Below, in pieces: positions 50,579-64,000 of a stretch of DNA of 64,000 bases (within the stretch, counting starts at the first letter, position 1; each line of letters starts with the position of its first letter). Source of the DNA: Camelus dromedarius (taxonomy: Eukaryota). The notes under the pieces are model-generated. The model ran no database searches. It was not told where the DNA came from and saw nothing but the letters and a program-made list of their open reading frames with translations. The stretch is from contig NC_087436.1 in assembly GCF_036321535.1 (NCBI RefSeq), positions 78,246,001 to 78,310,000 of the forward strand. The letters are read 5' to 3'. The position numbers and the translations under genes are program-made.

Positions 50579-51170
50579 TTTTTTCCTTGAGCTTTGTTTT
50601 TTTATTATTATTGAATTATAGACAGTTTAAAATATTGTGTTAGTTTCTGGTGTATAGCGCAGTGGTTCAGTTATACATATATACTCCTTTTCATATTCTT
50701 TTTCATTATATGCTATTACAATAATTAAATATTATTGAATTACTATATTCAACAATATAGTTCCCTGTGCTATACGGTAGGACCTTGTTGTTTATCTATT
50801 TTATATGTAGTAGTGTGTATCTGCAAATTTCAAACTCCCAGTTTATCCCTCCACCCCTCTCTTTCTACCTTAGTAACCATAAGTTTGTTTTCTATGTCTG
50901 TGAGTCTGTTTCACTTTGTAAATAAGTTCATTCGTGTCATTCTTTTTTAGATTCCACATGTAGGTGATATCATATGGTATTTTTCTTTCTCTTTCTGGCT
51001 TACTTCACTTAGAATGACAATGTCCTGGTCCATCCATTATTTCATTCTTGTTCATGGCTGAGTAATATATATATATACATCCATTCATCTATCAGTGGAT
51101 ATTTAGGTTGTTGCTTCCTTGTCTTGGCTATTGTAAATAGTTCTGCTATGAACATTGGGATGCATGTATC
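50579..51170 (-). mobile_element. Young 5'-truncated L1 3' end
   Basis: Reverse L1 3'UTR and ORF2 end; 13-bp TSD gaaaataagttta at 50566-50578 and 51174-51186. Confidence 0.92.
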
Positions 51171-51424
51171 GAAGAAAATAAGTTTAAACCAAAGAAGGCT
51201 TAAAGCAATTCTTTGCTGAAGCCTAAGATGTTACTAAGAAAATCTGAACCCTAATTAATGAATTTGCTAAATAGAATGCGTTTGCAAGACAGCTCGGGAT
51301 TAATCTCAGCTAAAATATCTATATAAGGACTTAGAACTCTTCAAGGGAAGAAGTAGCATACTATACACAGGATAGAAGTCAAAAGCTCAAATGCCTCTTG
51401 GGGCCAGAAAAGCAGGGAAAGGCA

Positions 51425-51706
51425 TGAGTTGGAGGGTGCTGGGAAGACAGTGGGGAAAAGTAAGGAACATGGTGAACTGGAGGGGCCTCGCTCTATTCAG
51501 AGGGGGCAGTGGCCCCTTAGCTACGGTAGATTATTGTCATTTGGAAATCCATACTAAGGTTCCAGTTATTCCAATTTTTCAGGACAAGCCCCAAATCCAG
51601 ATATTTATGTGAAAACACTCATGCTTTGAAATATTAGCTCAGTATTTTGAAAAATCACTCAAATGGACAAAGCAAAACATATCTGAACTGTGACTTTCCA
51701 ACCTCC
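51425..51706. mobile_element. MER103C-like hAT-Charlie element
   Basis: 'atttttcaggacaagccccaaatccagatatttatgtgaaa...gacaaagcaaaacatatctg'. Confidence 0.6.
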
Positions 51707-53664
51707 GCAAAGAGAATCATCTTTATTACAAGGAAAGGGAGAAAAGTATACATTTTCATTCTTTCCTTCTGAAATCCTATCTAGAGCATTTCTGAAGCAT
51801 GGAAGATTTTGATTTATGCAAATCAAAACACCTTCTTTGTTTTAGTTAAACTAAAAGGCCACTTAGAGAAAGCCATGAACACAAAAATCAAAGTTTTGAC
51901 TTCAAAACAGCCTGACACAAGGGTATGCAGACCGACTTTTCTGAGCTGAAGTGCCACGAATTTTTCAGAGCTAATATTTCATTCTGTTAAGAGAAGAAAT
52001 TGCATTATTATAGATCCTTTATGACATTTCCCAGAAAAATCTCACCTCGTCTCTACCTCCTATTAGGTTTAAGCTCATTGGCTCTCCTTGTAGAATGACT
52101 GTCATTCTGAAAAACTGGGTCTAACTCACAGGCGAGAACAGCCCATTAGAGGACCAGCCTGAAGAGACCCACCCAAACTCAGAGAACCACAGGGGAGTTG
52201 GGCTGGGACCACATTTAATATTTAACAAGGAGAGCTGTACTCAGAGGTATTATTATTTTTCCTTTGCTCCAGAAATACAAGGCGGATGCTTTGAGCAATC
52301 CCACTTGGGCCTCACCTCCCACAGGATTTATACGAATACATCTGCTCTTTGAAAGGGATTCTTAAAGCTGTTGGCCTACACTGCCCTTGAAGTCGACTCC
52401 TTTTTTTGAGTTTGAGATGCTCAGCTGCAACCAAAGCAAGCCTGAGCATGCATTCTATTTCTGGAATGTCTCAGGGTGCTGGAAAATTAAGGGAGAGGAA
52501 ACAGAACTGAAAGAGACCCTTGGCCACAAGGAAATGCGACACGGAGAGACACAAGCTTAGGTAAGACAGGTGCGGGAAAAGAGGAGTAAGTGAAAAATTA
52601 AATGACTCTGATGCCCACTTAACAAATACTGTCACATTAAAAATCCATGATATTCTCCCAAAGCCTCCGCCCAGGGCTCATTTTTGCCAAATACCATTCA
52701 ATATAACACAAGTTCAAGGGGAAAAAAAGGCACTGGACAGCCAGTCCCCTGGAGCCTATGGCAACAGAATTTGACCTACATTGCTGCAATGCCCAGTTTG
52801 TCCTTCTGGGTCTGTCATGGCTAGAATTCAGAAATGAGCTGACTGTAAAAGTTAGCGTCAGTGAGTCTGATACACACGGCCTTTGATCCTTTGAATAATA
52901 TTTGTCTCAAAACCTTCCCTCTTTCTAAAAAAAAAAATAGTATTTTTTAAAACCCAAAATATAAAAATGCTAATTCAGGTTTGTTTGTTTTCCTGGGGGA
53001 AAAAAAAACAGTAGGCTCTCCTAGAGTCCCCATTGTTGGGGGTCTGTAGAGATGATCTCCATCTCTTTTAAATTCATCTTGTTGGTTTTGTCATTTTTTT
53101 ATTCAAGCTACATCTTCTAGAAAGCCACTGGGCATCTTTCATAGCCATGAAAAGATAACATGGATGGAAAGATAATATGGGCCCCACTTCAGGGAGTCCG
53201 ATTTCTTCTCTGTCTCCTGTCAGGACCTTCAAGGGGAATTGTCACCACCAGAAAGCAGTGACTTTTAACTTCCCTTAAGCTAGATTCAGTGTTCAGATCC
53301 TCACAACGATGTAAAAGGCCCAAATTACTCTTCCTGATACCAGTAAGAATTGCACGGGCAGACAGAATTTAACTCTTGGGTGCTATAACTGCAGCTTATG
53401 GCTTTTCCTTCTTCACTTGCCCAAATCTAGCGGCTACACTAAAAACTTCTCTGTACTAATGTTGCATAGAGTTTCTCTCTTTCCTTACATTTTCCTTCAA
53501 GTGAGGCACAGATCATTCCTGGGGGTGCCAGAGGCTCAATGCAGGAAAGACTCAGCCAACAACAAGAAGCGCATATGGGAAAATACACAAGTTGGAGCAG
53601 ACACTTGAGGACGGTAGAGCAAAGGCTGAGGGTCATTTGCGAGAAGAAAATGATAAAGAAAAAA

Positions 53665-54290
53665 ATGATGTGGCAATCGTACACCTTAATATTTATTCAA
53701 ATGAGTTGAAAACTTCTGTCCACACAAAAACGTGCACATGGATGTTAAGAGCAGCTTTATTCTGCCAAAACTTGGAAGCAATCAGTTTTATCTACTCAGT
53801 AGGTGGATGGATAAACAAACTGTGGTACAGGCAGACAATGGAATATTGTTCAGTGCTAAAAAGAAATGAGCTGTCAAGCCATGAAAAGACAGAGGAACGT
53901 TAAACGCATATTACTAAAGTGAAAGAAGCCAATCTGAAAAGGTTACATACTGTATTACTCCAACTACATGACATTCTGGAAAAGGTAAAACAATGGAGAC
54001 TCAAAAGATCAGTGGCTGCCAGAGCCTGGGGGTGGAGACATGAACAGGCAAAGCACGGAGGGCTTTCAGGGCAGTGAAATGAAAATGGTGGATACGTGTC
54101 ATCCATTTATCAAAACCCACAGAATGAACAACACTAAGAGTGAACCGTAACATAAACTGTGGACTTGGGATGATAACGGGCCATCAGTGTAGGTTCACCA
54201 GTCTTAACAAACGCACCAACGTGGTGCAGGATTCTGACAGAGGGGAAGTCCGCTCCTGGGGCAGGGGTGGCGGGAGTTGAATGGGGGAAT
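53665..54290 (+). mobile_element. L1MC-type 3' fragment
   Basis: 'aaatgagttgaaaacttctgtccacacaaaaac...ccaactacatgacattctggaaaaggtaaaac...aagagtgaaccgtaacataaactgtggact'. Confidence 0.82.
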
Positions 54291-56945
54291 CAGAAGGGCA
54301 GAAGAACACTGCTGATGGAGAATAAGGATAGAAATAGAAAATGAAAATAATACCACGGGAAAAGTTCAAGAGCCTCTTTTAGTCTAGCAGGAAAAACTAA
54401 AAACTTCTCCAGGGAGCTGAGGCTAACACTGGGCTCCTTTACTGTCTGCAGCATGGACTGCTCAGGTGTAAATGGGGCATGGGGTGTTTTTTTCAGTACA
54501 CTTATCAGCGTGTAAGAAGCTCTCAGATACTTGGTGCCAGAAAGAAAGGGGTAGAGGAAAGGTACAAACATTAACAAAACACGATTTGTGTTTAGAGGAG
54601 AGCTTCCAGTTCCGTGGGAAAGAGGGACATTATATTCAGTAACAGGGACGTTGGTGGAGAATGGGGATGGAAGGGGATGGAAGGAGATGGTCGTGGGCTG
54701 AACAGACAAGTGCCAGCATCAGTGCTACAAACCAAATCACTGACTCCCTACCAACTACACACATTTGTGACCCTAGATCATCTAACCAGTAATGTCTCCT
54801 TCGGAATCAATCTTACAGGTAAACGATGTAATTTTAGGAGCAAGGATAAGATCTTTCTACCAACCAAAAATTGTTCCCTGTTTTCTAATGCCAGAAATTC
54901 CACCCCTTCAACTCGATTTCATTATCTCTGTCATCTATTAAAATGCAAATACTCTTGGGAGAGATTAGACTTTAAGCCATATAATTCAAATGTAACTTAC
55001 TGTGAATTCATTTTTTCAGATCTGAGAAGATGGCTTTGATAGAAGCAAGGATGTAGTAAACTCAAGATCATTGAACACCAGAGAAATGTGTGGGCAGGAG
55101 ACTAAGAAGATTTAAAACACTCTGTTAACTGGTGGCTCTGGCAATTCAATTTTCTGTTTGATTAAAATCGAAGGCAAACAGTGCTACTACTGAATGTTTG
55201 CAAAGCAACCAGAACGTTGATGGCATGTTATTTTTACCATTAATATTGTTATTAATCTTGACAAGATACTTGGGGAGTAGAAAGTTTTGCAGGAAGGAGA
55301 CAAAAGTGTCTGCTATTTATTTCAACACAGCTCACTGAAATTCTCCACTGGGGTAATAGAATATTCACTTGCCATTCTTTGCCCTCTGTGTATCTATTTT
55401 CCTCTGATTCCCTTGAGCTGAGGGGGTCAAGAACAGGTTTTGATATTCCCACATCCTACAAAACATATCTCAATATAACCTAACCTCCTTAATTTTCACC
55501 AGAACTTATAGAAAAAGCAACAAGACCTAGTATGACCTTGAGTACCTGACTACAACCTTGGGGTTCTCTCATGAGCACCCTGAAAGCCACAACTACCATG
55601 CTTCCCCTTAAAGTTCGGACCAAAACACATACATAAAGCCCTTCCCTTAGTTCCCTTCGGGATACCAAGATATTTGGCACTTTTAAGCAAAAAGAAAATG
55701 AACACAAAGGAGAGATAAAGCATAAAGACAGCCTGATTTACCAGGAGAGGCTCCTGATCCCACCAGGTAGCTACTTCCAGGGCTCTAGGGCCCTGCCCAG
55801 TCCAGGCTGTCTCCCCGACTCTATGGAGCACTCTAGAGAAAAAGGGCCCACACAGCATCACAGTCCGCACCCTAAAGCCCTTAATTCTTCCTACACCTGC
55901 ACACAAACGTCTTACAACCTACAGCCAGGGACCCAGGAGCCTCCTAGTGTTGCTGCCTCCCAGCCCCTCCCACACATTCCCTGTGTCTGATCTGAGACTT
56001 ACCTCTTCTCTAGTGAATGAATGAGTCTGTCCTTTAGGACAGACAGCTGCCTTCCCTCACACCTCTACACCCCATACAACCTCCCCTGGATATCAGTTGA
56101 CTCCATAGTGGGCCCAGGAGATATTTTACCCACATGATGACATGATATCTGTGTAACAAGAAATATTTACACATGCACACCTGTCAAGGATAAGGAGGAG
56201 GGAGGGAAAATGAGCAGTTGAGTTTTTGCATCATACTCCCCCCTAGGCTGGAAGAATCAGTCTCTAGAGTAGGGTCCCTATGTCTGTTTATATCACCCCC
56301 CATGCCTAGTACGATGTCTGCTGCAATTAAGTGCCCTATAAATGATTACTGCATTAAAGAGCAAATGAATACATTCAATGATTTCCCCCACCACTTAAAA
56401 CCCAAAGTGAAAGGCTAACTCAGTGCCCTGAGGCAGCCCCTGATAAATTCTGATTTTTTCAGGACATCGTCAAGAAAGCCTCCATTGATCAAGCTCCAGC
56501 ATGAACTTCTCTCTGCTGCTCACCTTCCAACAGAAACACTTAACTATGCTAAGCTGGAGAGATAATCAACTAAACAAACAACCCATCGGAGATGAAACCA
56601 CCCCAAGGCAAAGGCAATACTTTCAAAACTACACATAGATTCACGGAGGCAAATGAATACTCTTCTATACTCAAAGAGAGAAAAATGCCATATTTAGTAA
56701 GAGCTAGTATTGTTCAAAACTGACTATGTGCCAGGAAATATAACAGGCACGTCATTTATATTGTTTATGGAACCCTTAGAACAACCCTTACAAGTCAGAG
56801 AGTATCATCCTTGTTTTGCAGATTTTAAAAGTAAGCTTTAGAGAAGTGTGTTTGCCTATAGTCATTTGTTCTAAAAGTTAACAGCATGAACTTTGGAGTC
56901 AGGCTGTTTAGGTTTAAGTTCTGACCCTGCCTCTTCCTAGATGGG

Positions 56946-57250
56946 TGTCTTACTTAGTCCTTTCAGGCTGCGAGGACAAAATACCACAGACTAGGTGGCT
57001 TATAAACAACAGAAATGTATTTCTCACAGTTCTGGAGGCTGCAAGCCCCAGATCATGGTACCAGCATAGTCAGGTGAGGGTTGCAGACTGTTCACCGTGT
57101 CCTTACATGGTGGAAGGGGTCTTTTTTATAAAAGCATTGATCCCATACATAAGAGCTCCACTCTCATGACCTAGGCACCTCCCAAAGGCCCCACCTACTA
57201 ATACTATCCCCTTTAGGGGTTAGGGTTCAACAAATATTCAGACCCTAGCA
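56946..57250 (-). mobile_element. MST/MLT1A-type MaLR solo LTR inserted in a MIR
   Basis: tgtctt...aaataccacagactaggtggcttataaacaacagaaat...attcagaccctagca; TSD atggg / ctggg; MIR sequence on both flanks. Confidence 0.82.
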
Positions 57251-57309
57251 CTGGGTAAACACAGCTTAATATATCTGTGCCTCAGTTTCCTGATCTTCAG
57301 AAAGGAGCT

Positions 57310-57929
57310 CACAAGTGGACCAGTTTCTCATCTCCACACCTATCCTTCTGTTACCAGCTTTACTTTGTTTTGTTTTGGTTTTTATAACCAGCTTTGTGAT
57401 GCTAAGTCTGGGACTCTGCAAGACACTCCTGCTTAGTTAGCAGGCTTCCTGTTGGCTCTACCAGTAGGGGGCGCTGGAGGGGAGGGTGCTACGGAGCTGG
57501 AGCAGCAAAAATGAACTTGCTCCTTCCTGCGCGCTTCCTCTGAGCCTCAGCCCAATGCTACCACCCTTCTCTCCTCCCTGCAGAGCCACTGAATCTGGCT
57601 GGACTGTTCCCAGGACTTGTAGTACCAGCTTCACAGCGTGCGGGCCAGCACCCTCCCCCTCAGAGATCTGCATTTTAGCTCTGCGGGGGCCCGTCCTCTA
57701 AGTGTCTCTGAAGTTTTAGTAATCCCAACTCTTTCCTTCCTTCCCTCAGCCCTGGGGGTGGTAACCGCTTCCAGGACTTGCTACCCCCACCCACACCTTA
57801 GAGTTCTCTTTTCACTCCTTCCATTTCCCAGTTAACAACTTCACAACCAATTAGCAGCTCTTCATATTCAAATTGTCTCCGTTCAAATTGCTGGTGTGAT
57901 TACTCTGCTGACAGACCCTGAGGGACACA
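57310..57929 (+). mobile_element. LTR41-like (ERVL) solo LTR
   Basis: 'ggcttcctgttggctctaccagtagggggcgctggagggag...cttgctccttcctg'; 3' end 'gttcaaattgctggtgtgatt...accctgagggacaca'; start approximate. Confidence 0.72.
57458..57476 (+). promoter_or_regulatory. Strong CTCF motif inside the LTR41-like element
   Basis: ctaCCAGTAGGGGGCGCTG matches CCASYAGRKGGCRSYR fully, CpG intact. Confidence 0.72.
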
Positions 57930-58499
57930 AGAACACCTACTGGAGAGTACTTAACAAGTTGATCCTTGTAAAGTGCTCCTAACTGTACCTGGAGCACAGG
58001 GTTTGTCCTCTCAATGCCAGCTATGACTTCCTGCAAAGTGTTGAAGCTGGCATAGAACCCAGGTCTGTCCATCTTCTTCCATATCAACATGATGTTTCTC
58101 TAGTAACAATAGCTGTGATCTCAGGCACTGGGCTTGGTGCCTTCACAGACGCTCTCTTTAAATCTCCTTAAACACCTCTTAGGTGCTTTACATTCATGAA
58201 GTGTTTTTTCTCTAACAGTTGACATCAGAAAGGTATTCTGAGTTAAGATCCCATTATCCTCAGAGGTTAGGCAAGTACTCCAAATAGTTCAAACATCTAC
58301 ACGAGAAGCATAATTTTAAGCATAAACATCTCCCAAATTCTAATAAATCTTTTTACCTCACCACCCTCTATGTCATCAGGAAATAACATAATTTAAACAT
58401 AGCGTGTGTGTCCAAGGATTAACACTTTGGAATTTCAAATTTTCCTTTGTTTTTATACATAAAATTTCAATGAAATATTATAGAATTAAAAAAATTATT

Positions 58500-58690
58500 A
58501 ACTGCCTATTTTATGCTAGGCACTGGGATATAAGTGCTTTCACATATATTATCTCATTTTATCCTTAAAACGTACTACATAGGAGGTACAATCATCTTTG
58601 TACGAATATGTCCAAGGTCACATAGCTAGCAGAGTGACAGAATCAGGAATTGAAACCAACTTTTTCTGACTCACGGAGCTCATGATTTAG
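58500..58690 (-). mobile_element. MIR SINE
   Basis: 'tatgctaggcactgg...attatctcattttatcct...tgtccaaggtcacatagctag'. Confidence 0.75.
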
Positions 58691-59217
58691 CCAATTCATC
58701 ACAGGTCATAGGTGAGGGTCATTTTCCACAGCAGATGCTAAGAGTTTGGTAAAAATATGAACTGAGATAGGAACAAATTCCTTCACTGTGAAGGGCTGAG
58801 AAAATAAAAGAGCTGAATCTGGGAGAGTAGCTTCTGACTTGGCTTTCAGAATTGCTTGTAAGCCATGGGGAAATGCTCAGATTCTTTCACTGGGTTTCTA
58901 AAATCTCTCTCATTCCATTTCATTTCAAGGATCTCTTTCCAATTTCAGTTTGGCTATTATGGAGGCAAAGGAAATGAAAATCAAAAAATACTTTGTTTCT
59001 GGGTGTATCCTTGACTTCCAAAAACAAGTCACCAAAATAATTATTTTTTAAGGGATAACACAGAGGCAGGAAAGAAAACATACCTTTTGCTTGGTGCTTG
59101 ATTTCAGGCCAACGCGGGAGTGACTTTTGGACTAGAGGAAAAATGAGAAAGGAATTTATGAAGAACACAATATAATGATAGAACTTATTCTGAAGTCATT
59201 TCTTCTAGAAGGTATGC

Positions 59218-59583
59218 TTTTTTTTTTACATTTTTTATTGAGTAGTAGTCATTTTACAATGTTTTATCAAATTCTAGTGTAGAACACAATTTTTCAGTTA
59301 TACATGAACATACATATATTCATTGTCACATTTTTCTTTCGCTGTGAGCTACCACAAGATCTTGTATATATTTCCCTGTTCTATACAGTATAATCTTGTT
59401 TATCTATTCTGCATTTTAAAATCCCAGTCTGTCCCTTCCCACCCCCCGCCCCCTTGGCAACCACAAGTTTGTATTCTATGTCTATGAGTCTGTTTCTGTT
59501 TTGTATTTATGTTTTGGTTGTTTTTTTTTAGATTCCTCATATGAGCAATCTCATAAGGTATTTTTCTTTCTCTTTCTGGCTTA
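59218..59583 (-). mobile_element. Very young L1 3'UTR, same subfamily as 40474-41097
   Basis: Near-identical reverse complement of about 40740-41090; poly-T tail; TSD tagaaggtat at 59206-59215 and 59584-59593. Confidence 0.93.
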
Positions 59584-60337
59584 TAGAAGGTATAAGTTTT
59601 AAGTTAAAATCCTTTCCCCTAACCTTCCTTCACATCCCCTAGAAATCTAAAATAGAAGCAGAGCATAGACTCCAGGGCTGAATTTTACATACTGAATGGA
59701 AGACTGTTTAAATCTGGGCGCTGAGAAGGCAAAGATGCACCTACGCTTTGTCAATGCCTTGCTCATTTTTACTGATTCAGCATCTTTCTTAGAGGATGCC
59801 GGCAGAAGCTACAACACATGAGGAAATACTTCCAGCTATAATCGGGCAAAGGGAGAGGAGGGGAATGAATAAAAGAAGAGATAAGGCAGAAAGAAAAGAA
59901 GGAGAAGAAAGAAAAAACAATGCTCTATAAATTAGAAAAAGAGAAAATAGAGGCAGAATGAAGGAAAGGGCACATTTGTGGCAAGATTTCCAAGTGCCTT
60001 TCAATAGGACGGATTTTAATCTCTGCTAATTTAAATACATTTTCAGTAGACAGAAACAAAGCTCTCAAAAACATTAGTTTTTCTAGAGGGCTTTTTCTTT
60101 TCCAGCTTCTTTATGATATCTAATCTTATTTGGGATTAGGAAAGGTAAAGCAAGCATTAGTTAAGAATATTTTGGTATAGAATACCATTATGGTTTTTCT
60201 CCCAATGAGAAAAGGGAAAAATCAAGCTTACTGTGTTGAGCATTCAGATAGTGAATACCTTTGGCATTAAGTGTACTATGAATCAAAGTTAACTCTAAAC
60301 CAGTTACTACAATGTAGCTAGAAAAATGCTAAGTCTA

Positions 60338-61728
60338 CAGTCCACAAACTGTTCAATCCCAGGATTCCTTTGCCCTCTTAAAAATTATTGGAGCCCCCAA
60401 ATAGCTTTTGTTTATGTGGGTTATATCCATTAATATTCACTCAGCAACTGGAAATGAGAATTTTTAAAATGTATTTATTAATTCATTTTAAAAATAGCAA
60501 TAATATACCCACTACATATTAAGTAACAAATGTTTACATATTTTATGCATATTCCTAAGCAGAAAAAAATAGTGAGAAGATGGTATTCTTTCACAGTTTT
60601 TCAAATCTTTGATGTTTAGCTTAAATAGAAGACAGATCCTCATATCTGCTTCTGCATTTAATCTGTTTTGATATGATATGTTTTGGGTTCAAGTAAATGA
60701 ATAAAACTCAGCCTCACTCAGATATGTAGTTGGAAAAGGGAAGAGTATTTGTAATAATTTTTTCAGATAATTGTGAATATTTTTCTCTGATAATACGCCA
60801 AAAGTTGACAATTGATAGTTTCTTAAAGGTTAGTTACTATGTCGAATCTAAATTATATCAATGAACTTTTTATACTCTATTATATAAAAATTTGTCATTC
60901 TATCTTGCAGTTTGAATAGATCTTTTACCCACACTTGGTTTTATAGCATCAGGCATTGGTTGTTATCTGGAAAAGTGATTCCGTGAGTTATAAGTTTCCC
61001 AACTATTGACATATTTCATCACATAAGATGGAAAAACAATCATATTTGTTAGTCACCAGCCTCACCAGAAAAATCTTCAACTCTTGGTAAGCTGGCAAGC
61101 TCACAGTAACAGACCCAAGTTTCCCAAAATTCTAATTTTCACTTGAAAGCTTGAATTTTATCATAGGCAACAAAGACTGTCAATTGCTTTTCTTGAAGCG
61201 ACAGACTCACTCCACTCATTTTTGCGAGCATGTCTGCCAGCTACGTGAGTCTGAATAACCAGAGTTCACCTGTCACTTGTCTTTTGAAGTTAAACTGATA
61301 CTTCATGAAAACAGAGGCTAGCTTGGCCGACAATTCAGTCACAGAAGTGCTTTTCTTCAAAACAGCTCCTGAATGTTTACATGCAGTAGAAGTGCTTTAC
61401 AAATACTTCCCATTTTGTCACATAAGATACTAAAAAGATGATACTAAAATTTCAAAGGTTGCAATTTAGTGAACTTCAGAATTTTTCCTACTTCATCAAG
61501 GGCATTTTTAAGTGACTGTGACATTTTATTTCCTGCAATACAGTTGCACGGTGGTGAAATTATAAGGACTACTGGTGCAGCTTGGTGCTACCGCCTTCAT
61601 CCACGCCAAAGCACCGTGGCCCTTGCGGTCAGTGCAGATGTCATCCGGTTAAAAAAAGCAAAGAATGCGTTTTTACTATAAATTATGAAAAGAGCTTTGG
61701 CTTCTCAGATTTCCTTTGATAACTGCTG
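60338..61728 (-). mobile_element. Charlie1a-like hAT DNA transposon fossil
   Basis: About 1.4 kb; minus-strand remnant KMSQSLKNALDEVGK resembles Charlie transposase; end 'ctcttaaaaattattggagcccccaaatagcttttgtttatgtgggttatat'. Confidence 0.8.
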
Positions 61729-61995
61729 CTTAGGCGTTTGAAGCAGTTGAGCCAATGGTAATTCGACTCTCAATGAACATTCAAAGAAATGGAGCTTAGG
61801 AGGAGCAAAGCCAATGAAAAGCAAGTTACCATTGTCCCTCCCTCCCTCCTTCCTGCTGCCTTAGAAGAGAGACCAAGAGAGCAGGCAGGAGCACACTGCC
61901 TTCTGGGGGACAGTCGGAGTGGGGAAAGAAACCGTAAGACGTCTACAGTGGTCATCTCCCACGTGCTCATATGGTGTATTGAGATCCGTCTAGAT

Positions 61996-62378
61996 TGAGG
62001 TGGGCTGAATTGTTCCCCCAAAATTAATATGCTGACTCACTAAGTCCCAACATCTTAGAATATGACTATATTTGGAGATAGGTCCTATAAAGTGGTAAAA
62101 TAAGGTAAAATGAGACTCTACGGGCAGGCCTAACCCAACATGACTGGTGTCCTCAGAAGAGAAGAGACTAAGACACAGACAGCACATGAGCATAGAGGAA
62201 AAACCAAGTGAAGACAAAGAAGACAGTCATCTGGAGCCGAGAAAAGAGACCTCACCAGAAACTAACTCTGCTGGCACCTTGATTTGGGTTTCTAGCCTCC
62301 AGAGCCACGAGAAAGTAAATTTCTGTTAAGCCACCCAGTCTGTGGCACTCTATCATGTAATCCTAGCAACCTGGTATT
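61996..62378 (+). mobile_element. MLT1A-type MaLR solo LTR
   Basis: 'gggctgaattgttcccccaaaatt...tatttggagatagg...ctgctggcaccttgattt...gagaaagtaaatttctgttaagccacccagtctgtgg'. Confidence 0.85.
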
Positions 62379-63144
62379 ACATAGACCCTGACTAATCTAC
62401 CCTAAAGAAGTTAAGAATCCAAAAATGGGGGTCCAGCAAAACCGAATCCTGAATCAAAAGGGGCCATTATCCTCACATTCATTGTCAACCACATACATCT
62501 GAAGGAAAAATGTCTGGTTCTCAAATGTTAGAGCTCACAAAGATCATTTAGGGGGCTGTTCACCACACAATTTGCTGAAACCCAACTCCGGAAATTCCAA
62601 GTCAGGAGGTCTGAGGTGGCTCCTAGGAATGTGAGTGTTACTGAGCATCTAAGGAAATTCAAAGAGATACATGGTCCACTAACTACAACTTGAGGACCAC
62701 TTGCCTGCCAAGGATTGTGGGAATCTGGGATGAGAAGTAGGAAAATACAGAAATGGGTGCTGATTCCTGCCCGCCTTTCTCTTTGAAGAATACAAATAAA
62801 TGAGCCTCTTTTCCCTTTTTGCTTCTCTTTTAAATGCCTGGTGTTAAAATTCTTAATTTGATTGAGCCAGTGGGTGGGCCGGGATAATGGAAACAGGCTG
62901 AATGTTGGTAAATTACTCAAACTAGTCCAAAAGCAGATCTGCACTAGTTCTTTAAATTCCCCAGTTTAAAAACATAAACACACAAATTTTGTGCTTATTT
63001 ACATTTTTAGAAATTTAGTTGGGTTTCTATGCCATATTAAATGCCATAAACATCCATGAATATGGCCTTTGTACTCACTTCAAAATCATGATAGCAAACA
63101 TGACTTCAAGGACAAGACTTCCATTTATAAAAGGGATTGAAAGC

Positions 63145-63756
63145 TGTGATGGTAAATTTTATGTCAACTTAACTTGACTTGGCTAGCGGATGCCCAGATA
63201 GCTGGTAAAACATTATTTCTGGGTATGTCTGTGAAGGTGTTTCTGGAAAAGATTGGTATTTGATTTAAGAGACAGAAGAAAAGAGATCTACCCTTACCAA
63301 TGTGGGTGGGCATCATCCAATCCGTTGGGGCGCCAAACGGGAGTAAAGGCTAAGGAAGAGCAAACTCCCTGTCTTCTTGAGTTGGGATAGCCATCATTTC
63401 CTGCCCTTAAACTTTGGAGCTCCTGCTCCTCAGGCCTTTGGACTCCAGGACTTACACTAGCAGTTCCCTGGTTCTCAGGACATCATATATATATTACATG
63501 ATTTTAGTATATTTGCTTTGTGTAAGTGTTAGTATTGTGATACTGTACTATTTTTAAGTGGACTTGCAGAGAGCATTTCAATCATATCAGAGGTTAAATA
63601 GGCCTTTGTATAATATATAAATATATATTATATATAAATAATAAATGTATAACATATAAATATATACTATATATAAATAATATATATAATATATGTGATA
63701 ATATATATGTGTATTTCCTATTGGTTCTATTTGTCTGGAGAATTTTGACTAATACA
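63145..63756 (+). mobile_element. MLT2-type (ERVL) solo LTR with internal AT-rich expansion
   Basis: tgtgatggtaaattttatgtcaactt...cctattggttctatttgtctggagaattttgactaataca; TSD aaagc / aaagg. Confidence 0.88.
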
Positions 63757-64000
63757 AAAGGCAATCCAATTCCAGAGAAATATCATTTCCATTTGACATA
63801 AATGAGTTCTTTGATCTCTCCTGGTAAATGTCTTACCTAGACAGAATGGACAGTGGGCCTGGTAAAATATCACCTGTATTGTCCGTATCATGCTTTGCAT
63901 TCAGTCCCCACTTATAAACTTCTAAAAATGTCTTTCATTAGTTAGGCATTAAAGACATAGAGTTTATTTTCCCCATAGAAGTCATTTTATAGGGGAAAAA

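Noticed and set aside
52475..52560. + strand exon candidate ending AG|gtaaga
   Set aside because: Weak acceptor tract and stops in all three frames; consistent with a chance pseudo-exon
60338..61728. Domesticated or active hAT transposase
   Set aside because: Only short frameshifted remnants; no long ORF on the coding strand
1..64000. Prokaryotic-type systems (CRISPR array, operon, defence locus)
   Set aside because: Sequence is mammalian repeat-rich DNA with no regularly spaced repeats or gene-dense ORF structure

Overview
Mammalian non-coding DNA, most likely from a camelid (camel, alpaca or vicuna). The assignment rests on four tRNA-Ala-derived SINEs of the Vic-1 type. I find no recognisable protein-coding exon. 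The listed ORFs are short and low-complexity or lie in repeats, so the window is probably deep intronic or intergenic, and I cannot name a host gene. Much of it is interspersed repeat: young and old L1, HAL1-like, L2, MIR, ERVL/MaLR solo LTRs, hAT and TcMar DNA transposon fossils, and microsatellites. Repeat family names come from recalled consensus sequences and were not confirmed by a search. I see no convincing novel multi-gene system. The best leads are: (1) a TSD-flanked chimeric insertion joining a young L1 3'UTR piece to an ancient L1M 3' end; (2) a tailless 39-nt 5S rRNA retrocopy with a 15-bp TSD; (3) a CpG-retaining palindrome at 21.3 kb whose arm recurs (14/15) at 3.3 kb; (4) two same-orientation CTCF motifs, one inside an LTR41-like element; (5) three + strand exon-like segments that may belong to an unannotated spliced RNA.
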